A stretch of 64,000 nt of DNA from Vulcanimicrobiota bacterium (GTDB lineage Bacteria > Vulcanimicrobiota > Vulcanimicrobiia > Vulcanimicrobiales > Vulcanimicrobiaceae), in contig OY968762.1 in assembly GCA_963695225.1 (NCBI GenBank), positions 736,001 through 800,000 of the forward strand, in the 5' to 3' direction. Positions 48,273 through 56,511 of the stretch are shown here, piece by piece (positions within the stretch are counted from its first letter, which is position 1; every line of letters begins with the position of its first letter). The translations under genes were made by a program, and so were the position numbers. A model generated the notes under the pieces. The model ran no database searches. It was not told the DNA's origin and saw only the letters and a program-made list of their open reading frames with translations.

Positions 48273-50042
48273 TCACATCGCAAACTGTGCGGCGTATAAC
48301 TTCGCGTAGGAGCCGCCGCGCTTGAGCAGCTCGTCGTGCGTCCCCGTCTCGCAGACCCGCCCCTGCTCGATATAGAGGATCTTCGTCGCGCGGCGGATCG
48401 TCGAGAGGCGGTGCGCGATGATCAAGGTCGTCCGGCCGGCGAGCAGCCGGTCGAGCGCCGCCTCGATCAGGCGCTCCGAATGGCTGTCGAGCGCGCTCGT
48501 CGCCTCGTCCAGGATCAGGATGCGCGGATCGCGCAGCACGGCGCGCGCGATCGAGATTCGCTGCCGCTGGCCGCCGGAGAGCCTGGCCCCGCGCTCGCCG
48601 ACCGTCGTCTCGTAGCCCTGCGGCAGATCGAGGATGAACTCTTCGGCGTTCGCTTCGCGCGCGGCCGCTTCGACCTCCGCCCGGGTCGCGTCGAGACGCC
48701 CGTAGCGGATGTTGTCGGCGATCGTCCCCGAGAACAGCAACGCTTCCTGCGGAACGATCGCGATCGCCGCGCGTAGCGAGGCGAGGCGGTACTGCGCGAG
48801 ATCGATCCCGTCGAGCGTGATCCGCCCTTCTTGCGGGATATAGAAGCGCGGGACCAGGTTGACGATCGTCGTCTTCCCGGCCCCCGAGGGGCCGACGAAC
48901 GCGACGATGTCCCCCGCGGCGATCTCCGCGTTGAAATCCTGCAGCACTGCGCCGTTCGTGCCCTGGTACGCGAACCCGACGTGCTCGAACCGCAGCGCAC
49001 CCTCCACCCGCACCGGATCGATCGGGTTCGGGACGCCGTCGCCCTCGATCGGCGAATCGAGGACCTCGAAGACGCGCGAAGCGCCGACGAGCCCCTTCGC
49101 GATGTCGCCGATATAGGTCGCGAAGCGGTTGATCGGATTCACCGCGATCACGACGGAGCCGAAGAAATTCAGCACCTGCCCGCCGTTCATCCGCCCGACC
49201 GCGACCTCGCGCGCGGCGAACACGAGGATCGCGAGCAGGCCGATCAGGATGATCATCGCGACGACGGGCGTCTGCGTCTTCCCGAATTGCGTGAGCTTCA
49301 TATACGCGCCGAAAAAATTCTCGTTCGCGTCGCGGAAGCGCGCAACTTCGTAATCCTCGCGCGCGAACGCCTTGACGACCCGCTCGCCCTGGACCACTTC
49401 CGAGAGGTTGGCGGCGACGTCCGCGATCCGCTCCTGCGCGCGCACGGTTCCGCTCCCGATCAGGCGCGTGAACATCGCGACGGCGAAGTTCACGAAGGGC
49501 GCGACCGCGAGCAGGAAGAGCGTCAGGAGCCAGTCCGTGCGGAACATGTTCGCGAGCGCCGCGACGAACGTGACGATCGTTTGGAACAGTTGCGGGAGCG
49601 AGATGCTCACCGCATCGGTCATCAGCGCGAGGTCGTTCGTGAAGCGCGTGAGGAACTCGCCCGGACGCCACGAGTCGAAGTACGGCAGCGGCATGCGCAG
49701 CACGCGTTCGAACATGCGGGCCCGCAACGTCGCGATCAAGCGCTGGCCGCTCCAGGCCGTCAGGTACTCCTGGCCGTATTGCGCCGCGTTCGAGATCGCG
49801 GAGGCCACGAAGAGCCCGGCGACGATCTCGAAGAGCAGCGTCATGTTCACGTCGGGGCGCGCCGCGCTCGGGAAGACGCGATCGGCGAGCAGTTGGGCCG
49901 CGAAGGGATAGGCGAGCGGCCCGAGGCCGGCGACGATGCCGAGGAGCATCGACGTCAGAAACTTCGGGTAGTACGGCCTCGCTTCGCGCAGCAGCCGGCG
50001 GATGGTCTCCCGCCGCCGGTCAGCCGGGAGCGATCGCGTCAT
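48273..50042 (-). CDS. ABC exporter, fused TMD-NBD (MsbA-like)
   Basis: Six TM segments, GPSGAGKT, LSGGQRQR, LDEATSALD, IAHRLST. Confidence 0.93.
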   Translation of the reverse strand: MTRSLPADRRRETIRRLLREARPYYPKFLTSMLLGIVAGLGPLAYPFAAQLLADRVFPSAARPDVNMTLLFEIVAGLFVASAISNAAQYGQEYLTAWSGQRLIATLRARMFERVLRMPLPYFDSWRPGEFLTRFTNDLALMTDAVSISLPQLFQTIVTFVAALANMFRTDWLLTLFLLAVAPFVNFAVAMFTRLIGSGTVRAQERIADVAANLSEVVQGERVVKAFAREDYEVARFRDANENFFGAYMKLTQFGKTQTPVVAMIILIGLLAILVFAAREVAVGRMNGGQVLNFFGSVVIAVNPINRFATYIGDIAKGLVGASRVFEVLDSPIEGDGVPNPIDPVRVEGALRFEHVGFAYQGTNGAVLQDFNAEIAAGDIVAFVGPSGAGKTTIVNLVPRFYIPQEGRITLDGIDLAQYRLASLRAAIAIVPQEALLFSGTIADNIRYGRLDATRAEVEAAAREANAEEFILDLPQGYETTVGERGARLSGGQRQRISIARAVLRDPRILILDEATSALDSHSERLIEAALDRLLAGRTTLIIAHRLSTIRRATKILYIEQGRVCETGTHDELLKRGGSYAKLYAAQFAM

Positions 50043-50126
50043 CGCCAAGCCTCGCGGCCGTTCGAAACCTTCGGGAGGCCCGCTCGGTAGATCGTCACGT
50101 CATTCGTTTTCGTCGGAGGCTGCTCG

Positions 50127-50684
50127 ATGGACTGTTACTTTCATGCGAACGTGCCGTCGGTGGCGCGCTGTGTCGAATGCGCCCATCCGATCTGCGCGAC
50201 CTGTCGCGACGAGACGGCCGCCTGCCCCAGTTGTCGGCTCGCGGCCCGGATCGATGCAGCCGCCGCCGCGCGCGGCGAGCTCCCGGGCGAGGCCGCGAAA
50301 AGCGCCGGAACGGCCGGAGCCGCGACGCTCGCCGTCGCCTCCCCCGAGACGCGAGCGCTCGTCGCGCTCGGCTACCCCCTCTGGCCGCTCGCCGCGCTCG
50401 CGCTCCTCGATCCCAAGCGCTCCCCGTACGTCCGGCGCCAAGCGGTCCAAGCGCTCGCGTTGAACTTCGGGCTCTTCGCGCTCTGGCTCGTCCTCTCGCA
50501 GATCGTGCAGATCCCGATCCTCGGCCTCTCGGCGCTCCCCATCCTCGCCGTCCTGGCGCCCGTCTGGCTCGTCGCCAGCGTCCTGTACGGGGTGAAGGTC
50601 TGGCACGGCGACGACGTCCGCGTCCCGCTCGTCAGCGATTGGCTCGACGAGCACCTTCCGGGCGATCGCCCGAGGACAGCCTAG
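50127..50684 (+). CDS. B-box-like Zn finger plus DUF4870-like membrane protein
   Basis: C-x2-H-x7-CxxC-x4-CxxC-x6-CxxC at the N-terminus; PYVRRQAVQALALN...VRVPLVSD. Confidence 0.72.
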   Translation: MDCYFHANVPSVARCVECAHPICATCRDETAACPSCRLAARIDAAAAARGELPGEAAKSAGTAGAATLAVASPETRALVALGYPLWPLAALALLDPKRSPYVRRQAVQALALNFGLFALWLVLSQIVQIPILGLSALPILAVLAPVWLVASVLYGVKVWHGDDVRVPLVSDWLDEHLPGDRPRTA

Positions 50685-52167
50685 CTCCCCCGCCGGGGCG
50701 CCGGCGCGCCTCGGCGTACCGCGCCAAGAAAGCCCGCGCCGCCGCCTCGTGATCGAGGATCGGCGCCGGATACCCGCTCCCGCCGAACAGGGGGAGCGCT
50801 AATTGAGCGCGCTCGTGCGCCGAGCGCGGATCGAGCACGTCCGGATCGGGGAGCCCGGCGAGCTCGGGGACCCAGCGGCGCACGAAGGCGCCGCGCGGAT
50901 CGTACGTCCTCGCCTGCTTTAGAGGATGGTAGATGCGCGGATACTGCGCGAGATCGGCGCCGACGCCCGCGATCCACTGCCAGTTTCCGGTCGCGAGCGG
51001 GGGATCGTCCTCGATGAGGAAGCGATCCCAGGCCGCCCGCCCCACGCGCCAATCGACCCCGAGATCGAAGCACAGGAACGAGGCGGCGACGAGCCGGCAG
51101 CGCGGATGCATCCAACCGGTCGCCGCGAGTTGCCGCATCCCCGCGTCGACGAGCGGGAACCCCGTCCGCCCGGCAGTCCACGCCTCGAGTTGCGGGTGGC
51201 CCGGTGCGAACCGGAAGCCCCGCATGTGCTCCTGGAGCGGTTCGTCCGGGGTTTCTTCGAAATACCAGGCGAGCTGAAAGAAGAAATCGCGATGCGCTAG
51301 GGAGCGGACGAGCCTGGCGAGCGCGCGGCGCTCCTCGGCGAGCAGGTACGGATCCTTCGCGCGCGCGTCGATCGCGCGCAGCACGCTCCGGGCGGAGAGC
51401 GTTCCGAACGAGAGCGCCGCCGAGAGGCGAGAGGTCGGCGGCCCCGCGGGGACCTGCCGGGCCGTCGGGTACTGCAGAGCGGGCCCCGCGAGGTAGCGTT
51501 CGAACGCAGCGAGCGCGGCGCGGCCGAGCGGCGGGAGGTCGCCCGGGTCGCCCGGATCGTCCAGCTCCCGCGCCGAGGGGAGCGGTTCGCTCGCGGGGAC
51601 ACGCTCGGCGAAACGCGCTTCCGGCCCGCTTTCGATCCGCGGGGCCGCGAGCCAGGCCGCCGCATACGGCGCGAGGGAGCGATATCCCGAGCCCTCGCCG
51701 CCGGTCCGCGCGGCCGCCGTTTCCTCGGGGGAGACGGCCGGGGCGTCGTGCACCGAGAGCGCGCGGTACCCCGACTCCTCCAAGGCGGCTTGCAGGCGGC
51801 GCTGTTCCTCCCGCGTCGCGGAATCGTACGCGCAAGACCACGCGACCGTGTCGACTCCCGCTTCCCGCGCGAGGCGCTTCGCCGTCGAGACGAGCGGGCC
51901 GCGACGCACGACGAGCGCGCTCCCGCGCGCGCCGAGATCGCTCGCGAGCGCCTCGACGGCGGCGCGGAAGAACGCGGCGCGGCGCGGCGAGCGCGCGAGG
52001 CGGCCTTGCGTCGCGGGGTCGAGGATCAGCGCCGGGACGATCGCTCCGGAGCGCGCCGCGGCGGCGAGCCCGGCGTGATCTTCGAGGCGCAGGTCTCGCG
52101 AAAAGAGGTAGAGCGCTCGGCGGCCGCTCTCAGAGCGAGGCGATGTAAGCGGTGACGTCGACGACAT
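50632..52167 (-). CDS. Photolyase/cryptochrome family protein (divergent)
   Basis: RDLRLEDH, TSRLSAALSFG, GRTGFPLVDAGMRQL, DWRVG, GNWQW, DPRGAFVRRWVPEL; start uncertain. Confidence 0.9.
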   Translation of the reverse strand: MSSTSPLTSPRSESGRRALYLFSRDLRLEDHAGLAAAARSGAIVPALILDPATQGRLARSPRRAAFFRAAVEALASDLGARGSALVVRRGPLVSTAKRLAREAGVDTVAWSCAYDSATREEQRRLQAALEESGYRALSVHDAPAVSPEETAAARTGGEGSGYRSLAPYAAAWLAAPRIESGPEARFAERVPASEPLPSARELDDPGDPGDLPPLGRAALAAFERYLAGPALQYPTARQVPAGPPTSRLSAALSFGTLSARSVLRAIDARAKDPYLLAEERRALARLVRSLAHRDFFFQLAWYFEETPDEPLQEHMRGFRFAPGHPQLEAWTAGRTGFPLVDAGMRQLAATGWMHPRCRLVAASFLCFDLGVDWRVGRAAWDRFLIEDDPPLATGNWQWIAGVGADLAQYPRIYHPLKQARTYDPRGAFVRRWVPELAGLPDPDVLDPRSAHERAQLALPLFGGSGYPAPILDHEAAARAFLARYAEARRRPGGGARLSSGDRPEGARRANR

Positions 52168-52531
52168 CCGTCTCGTTCAGCGGCGCGGGATACAACTTGG
52201 GCATCGGCGGGACCGGGTTCTTGATCCACGCCTCCACTTGCGGCGACGCCTTGCGTGCGCGCTCGTTGCGCAGGCTCGGGCCGATGCCGCCCTCGGTCCC
52301 CTTCGCACCGTGGCAGCTCGCGCAATTCTGCTGGAAGATCTCCTTCCCGCGCACCCCGTCGGCGACGGCCGCGACCCCGGGCGATGCCCTCAACCCGGTC
52401 GAGCCGCTATCGGTGATCGGCCCCGACGCCCTGGCCGGAGCCTGCGACGACGACGTTTCTCTGGTGCAGCCCGCCGCCGACGACGCGACCGCCGCGGCGA
52501 CCACGATCACGAGCCAGAACCTCAGCAGCAC
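52130..52531 (-). CDS. Monoheme cytochrome c, predicted lipoprotein
   Basis: ...SAAGC signal, CASCH, GIGPSL, PPMP; GAGGAG RBS. Confidence 0.88.
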   Translation of the reverse strand: MLLRFWLVIVVAAAVASSAAGCTRETSSSQAPARASGPITDSGSTGLRASPGVAAVADGVRGKEIFQQNCASCHGAKGTEGGIGPSLRNERARKASPQVEAWIKNPVPPMPKLYPAPLNETDVVDVTAYIASL

Positions 52532-52609
52532 CCGGCACTCCTCGCACGTCTGGGGATGGCAAGTTTGTTCCGCGGCGGGAGACTCCGTCCCGCTTGCAAA
52601 CTCGAAGGC

Positions 52610-53140
52610 ATGACTCAGCGTCCACAGCCTGCGGCAAAATCCGAGCCCGAGATCACTCAGACTGCGGTCGGCGTTCTGATGTGGGCGGAGCGCGGGGTCT
52701 TCTTCACGATCGGCGTGCTGCTGTTCTTGGCCGCGATCGTGCTGCTCGTGCGCAGCACCGAAAGCCTGTGGGGGCTCGCGACGCATCCGCGCTCGGACGC
52801 GATCGCGTTCGGCTCGCAATTCCTCGACATCATCCTGCTCGTCTTGATGGTCGTCGAGCTGGCCTACACCGTCGTCCTCTCGCTGCGCGGCGCCGTGCTG
52901 CTCGCGGAACCGTTCCTGATCGTCGGGCTGATCGCCGTGATCCGCCGCATGCTCGTCATCACCGTCGGCGAGGTGAACGGCGCCGGAGAAGCGCCCGCGG
53001 GCGCGATCATCACGCAGAGCGCCGCGGAACTCGCGATCCTGACCGGCGTCGTGATCGTCTTCGTCGGTTCGATCGTGCTCTTGCGCAGCCGGCCCCGCTC
53101 GCCCGGAAGCGCACGCGTCATCAAAGAACTCTCCGAATAG
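52610..53140 (+). CDS. PsiE-family membrane protein
   Basis: LLVLMVVEL, EPFLIVGLIAVIRRML; four TM. Confidence 0.8.
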   Translation: MTQRPQPAAKSEPEITQTAVGVLMWAERGVFFTIGVLLFLAAIVLLVRSTESLWGLATHPRSDAIAFGSQFLDIILLVLMVVELAYTVVLSLRGAVLLAEPFLIVGLIAVIRRMLVITVGEVNGAGEAPAGAIITQSAAELAILTGVVIVFVGSIVLLRSRPRSPGSARVIKELSE

Positions 53141-53154
53141 GCCGCGGCGCCTCC

Positions 53155-54177
53155 TCAGCCGCCGATTTCGGAGAAGGCTCGCATCCGGCTCGCGGTCTCG
53201 CCCAAGTGCAGGTGGTGCCGTTCCGGCTTGATCAGCATCGCGCCGGAGAAGAGTTCGGCGAGTTCCTCGCACGAAGCGCCCGCGCGCACCGGCGCGCGGA
53301 GGTCGAGCGCGTGATCCCCGAACAGGCACAGCCGCAGCCTGCCGTCGGCGGTGAGGCGCACCCGGTTGCAACTCTCGCAGTAGTCGTGCGAGAGCGGGCT
53401 GATCACGCCGACCGAACCCGCCGCGCCCGGGTACGCGTAGTAGCGCGCGGGCCCGTTCCCGCCGGGGCCGGGCGACGGCCGCAGTTCCCCGAGCGCGGCG
53501 ACGCGCTCGAGGATCTCGGCCGCCGAAACGTACGTATCCCGCTGGAGGCCGACGTTCTCCGTAACGGGCATCACTTCGATGAAGCGCACGTGGATCGCGC
53601 GCTCGCGCGTCAACGCCGCGAACGCGCCGACTTCGTCGTCGTTCTGCCCGCGCATGACGACGCAGTTCAGTTTCAGCGGCGCGAGCCCGGCGGCGAGCGC
53701 GGCGTCGATCCCGGCCAGAACCCGCTCGAGCCCGGGCCGGCGCGCGATCGCAACGAAGCGGTCGGCGCGGAGCGTATCGAGCGAAACGTTCGCCCGGCGC
53801 AGCCCCGCCCCGGCGAGTTCGGCGGCCATCTCGCCGAGCAGCAAGCCGTTCGTTGAAAGCGCGATATCTTCGACGCCCGGAACTGCGGCGAGCGCTCGTA
53901 CGAGCTCTGCGATATCCCGGCGGACGAGCGGCTCTCCCCCGGTCAGGCGCACGCTCCGCACTCCGGCTGAAGCTGCGGCCTCCACGATGCGGACGATCTC
54001 CTCGTACGTGAGGATTCCGTCCTTTGGGATCCAGGGGAGGCCCGCTTCCGGCATGCAGTAGACGCAGCGCAAGTTGCAGCGATCCGTCACGGATACGCGC
54101 AGGTACGTGATCGGCCGGTTGAAGCGATCCGTCAGCGCCGGGAGGGGCCCGGCCACGAGGTCGATCATGCCGAGCAT
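53155..54177 (-). CDS. moaA: GTP 3',8-cyclase (radical SAM)
   Basis: YLRVSVTDRCNLRCVYC, TGGEPL, CESCNRVRLTADG...C, C-terminal IGG. Confidence 0.96.
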   Translation of the reverse strand: MLGMIDLVAGPLPALTDRFNRPITYLRVSVTDRCNLRCVYCMPEAGLPWIPKDGILTYEEIVRIVEAAASAGVRSVRLTGGEPLVRRDIAELVRALAAVPGVEDIALSTNGLLLGEMAAELAGAGLRRANVSLDTLRADRFVAIARRPGLERVLAGIDAALAAGLAPLKLNCVVMRGQNDDEVGAFAALTRERAIHVRFIEVMPVTENVGLQRDTYVSAAEILERVAALGELRPSPGPGGNGPARYYAYPGAAGSVGVISPLSHDYCESCNRVRLTADGRLRLCLFGDHALDLRAPVRAGASCEELAELFSGAMLIKPERHHLHLGETASRMRAFSEIGG

Positions 54178-54249
54178 CCTCTCCCCTCTTCGACCGCGGG
54201 CCTCAGGCACACGTTCCCGCCGCAGGCCGGGGCGCCGGGTCCGGCCCTC

Positions 54250-54933
54250 TTAGTTCGCGGCGGGCTCGAACACCTTGTCGTCGATCGGGACGTTGAGTTC
54301 GTAGCCGCCGATCGTCGTCGTCACGTCGGCTTTGTAAGCAGGCAAGTTCACGTGCCCGGTTTGCGCCGTGACGAGCCGGTATCCCGATTGCAGCTCGACG
54401 GTCTGTTCGAACGAGATGTCCCCGCCGTCTTCGTAGGTCCACGTGTACCCGCGGATCGTCGCGGTCGGCTCGTCGACGCGCACGTCGAGGTGCAGCACGC
54501 GGCCGTGCTTGATCGGCACGAGCCGGAACGTCGTCACGCCCGCATCGCTCCCCAAACTCGACATGTGAAAGACCGACGGCCACTGCGACGGCGCTTCGAT
54601 GCGCGGATAGACCTTCTGGAACTCCTTCGCGAGCGCCGGCGTGGTATCGAAGACGACCGCTTCTTTGTCCGGCTGGCGGAAATACAGCGTTCCGTCCAGC
54701 GTCTTCGAGATCGGCAAGTACGACTTCAGCGCGACGCTCACGCTGACTTTTGCCTTGTACGTGCGCAACTGCGCGTTCGTTTGCGTCAATCGCCGGTAGA
54801 GTTCGGAGGCGCTCGGGCCGAGCGGCACGGCGCCGGCTCCCGGCGTCTGCGCGCGCAAGGGCGCGACGGACGCGCCGAGCACGAGCGAGCATACGACGGC
54901 GGCGAACGCGGTTCGGACGGCGGCGGGGATCAT
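54250..54933 (-). CDS. Hypothetical secreted protein (LolA-like beta fold possible)
   Basis: Signal peptide, GTLYFRQPDK, C-terminal NVPIDDKVF resembling LolA-family ends. Confidence 0.65.
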   Translation of the reverse strand: MIPAAVRTAFAAVVCSLVLGASVAPLRAQTPGAGAVPLGPSASELYRRLTQTNAQLRTYKAKVSVSVALKSYLPISKTLDGTLYFRQPDKEAVVFDTTPALAKEFQKVYPRIEAPSQWPSVFHMSSLGSDAGVTTFRLVPIKHGRVLHLDVRVDEPTATIRGYTWTYEDGGDISFEQTVELQSGYRLVTAQTGHVNLPAYKADVTTTIGGYELNVPIDDKVFEPAAN

Positions 54934-54943
54934 TGTTCTGCCT

Positions 54944-56101
54944 CTATCCTCCGGCTGTGGAACGCGCAGCGGAGCGGGTCGGTTCCAGCGCGGCCGAAAT
55001 CTCCTCGCGAACGCGCCCGTCCCGCTCCAGCGCCAGCGCCTCGGTTAGCCCAGCGTACGCGCGCGGCGAGCCGATCCGCCCCAGCGCCCACGCGGCGTGG
55101 GAGCGAACGAGCGGGCTCGAGTCCTCGCGCAGCGCGATTTCCAGCGCGGGAACGGCCGCCCGGTCGAGCGCGTTTCCGAGCCCGACCGCCGCATTCCGGC
55201 GCAGGACGGCCGAACCGCGCCAGCCGAGCGCGGTGCCGCGAAAGCGGCGTTCGAACGCGCCGCCGCGCAACGTCAAGAGCGCCGCGAGGTCCGGGAACGC
55301 GGCTTCCGCCGAAACGGGCGCGAACGCCGGATCGACGCGCGCCCTCCCGAGGCGCGTCGGCGGACAGACTTCCTGGCAGAGATCGCAACCCCACACCCAG
55401 TCGCCGACGAGCGGGCGCAGTTCGCGCGGGATCGCATCTTTGCGCTGCGTGAGGTCCGAGATGCAACGGACGGCCTCGATCGTGCCGTCGCCGCGCAGCG
55501 CCCGCGTCGGACACGCCTCGACGCAGCGCGCGCAGGTGCCGCACGTCTTGCGCAGCGGCGCGTCGGGTTCGAGCCCAAGCGTCGTGACGACCTCCCCGAG
55601 GAACACGTAGGAACCCGCGCCCGGCACGATCAGGTTCGTGTGCTTGCCGATCCAGCCCAGGCCGGCCCGCGCCGCGAAAGCGCGCTCGGCGAGCGGGCGC
55701 GTGTCGCAGACCGCAATGCTTTGCGCGCCGGAGTCGGCCGCCTCGATCGCCCGGATGACGCCCTCGAGGATGCGGCGGACGCGCGGGTGATAGTCGCTCG
55801 ACCAGGCGTAGTTCGAGATGCGCCCCGTCAGCGGGGCCCGGCCGCGCGGGGCCGCGCTCGCGAACGCTACGGCGACGCAGACGACGCTGCGCGCGCCTTC
55901 GAGGACGCTCTGCGGATCCGACGCGCGCGCGGCGCGTTCGGCGCCGTATCCCCACGTCGCGAAATCGCCTCGGGCGAACGCCGCGAGCATGCGACCGCGG
56001 GCAGGTTCGTCGATTCCGGCGTCCGTGACGCGCACGGCCGCGGCCCCGGCGGCCAGCGCCGCGGCTGCGACGCGCGCCTTCGGTGAGGCCGTTTCGAGCA
56101 C
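54944..56101 (-). CDS. queG: Epoxyqueuosine reductase
   Basis: GRISNYAW..DYH, AGLGWIGKH, CGTCARCVEACPT, GCDLCQEVCP, HEAT-like tail. Confidence 0.94.
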   Translation of the reverse strand: MLETASPKARVAAAALAAGAAAVRVTDAGIDEPARGRMLAAFARGDFATWGYGAERAARASDPQSVLEGARSVVCVAVAFASAAPRGRAPLTGRISNYAWSSDYHPRVRRILEGVIRAIEAADSGAQSIAVCDTRPLAERAFAARAGLGWIGKHTNLIVPGAGSYVFLGEVVTTLGLEPDAPLRKTCGTCARCVEACPTRALRGDGTIEAVRCISDLTQRKDAIPRELRPLVGDWVWGCDLCQEVCPPTRLGRARVDPAFAPVSAEAAFPDLAALLTLRGGAFERRFRGTALGWRGSAVLRRNAAVGLGNALDRAAVPALEIALREDSSPLVRSHAAWALGRIGSPRAYAGLTEALALERDGRVREEISAALEPTRSAARSTAGG

Positions 56102-56146
56102 GCCTGTCCCTTCGCGGCGCGCCGGACGGCACCCTGAGCGGCTTTC

Positions 56147-56196
56147 CGCGTGGCCCGCGTCCGGAGCGGGGCGGGGGCTCCTCCGCGGGGACGCCC
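56147..56196 (-). repeat. Structured repeat, copy 3 (one arm only)
   Basis: CGCGTGGCCCGCGTCCGG...CCTCCGCGGGGACGCCC closely matches 11772-11819. Confidence 0.75.
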
Positions 56197-56285
56197 CGAT
56201 GCGGATGCTGCCTTGCATTCCAAGTCAGCTTTAGTGGCTACCGTTTACCTTCACGATCGCCCCGTTGAGAGGTGAGCTGTCCGCT

Positions 56286-56364
56286 TGGCCCGCGTCCGGA
56301 CCGGGGCGGCGTTTCCCCGCGGGGACGCCCCGCGGGGAAACGCCGCCCCACTCCGGACGCTACC
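56286..56364 (-). repeat. Structured repeat, copy 4 (terminal stem only, internal domains absent)
   Basis: TGGCCCGCGTCCGG...CCGCGGGGACGCCCCGCGG...CCGGACGCTACC; same ends as copy 1 with a different but self-complementary stem. Confidence 0.8.
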
Positions 56365-56461
56365 GTGCGTTCCATGGTCACCCTTGGGTAGCTGCCGTCC
56401 ACTTTAGCTAGCCCCGGCGAAGGGTAGCTTTCCGCACGGTCACCCTTGGGGTGGCGTGTTT

Positions 56462-56500
56462 CACGTCAGGCTGGTGGGGGGTGGCCTCCAGCCTAACGTG
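56462..56500 (-). terminator. Possible terminator hairpin downstream of pat
   Basis: CACGT-C-AGGCTGG / CCAGCCT-A-ACGTG inverted repeat; no U-tract on the minus strand. Confidence 0.35.
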
Positions 56501-56511
56501 CTTGGCGCTTT

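Noticed and set aside
50632..50684. Convergent 53-bp gene overlap as a special feature
   Set aside because: The photolyase C-terminal tail is low-complexity and probably reflects a simple stop-codon shift; not distinctive.
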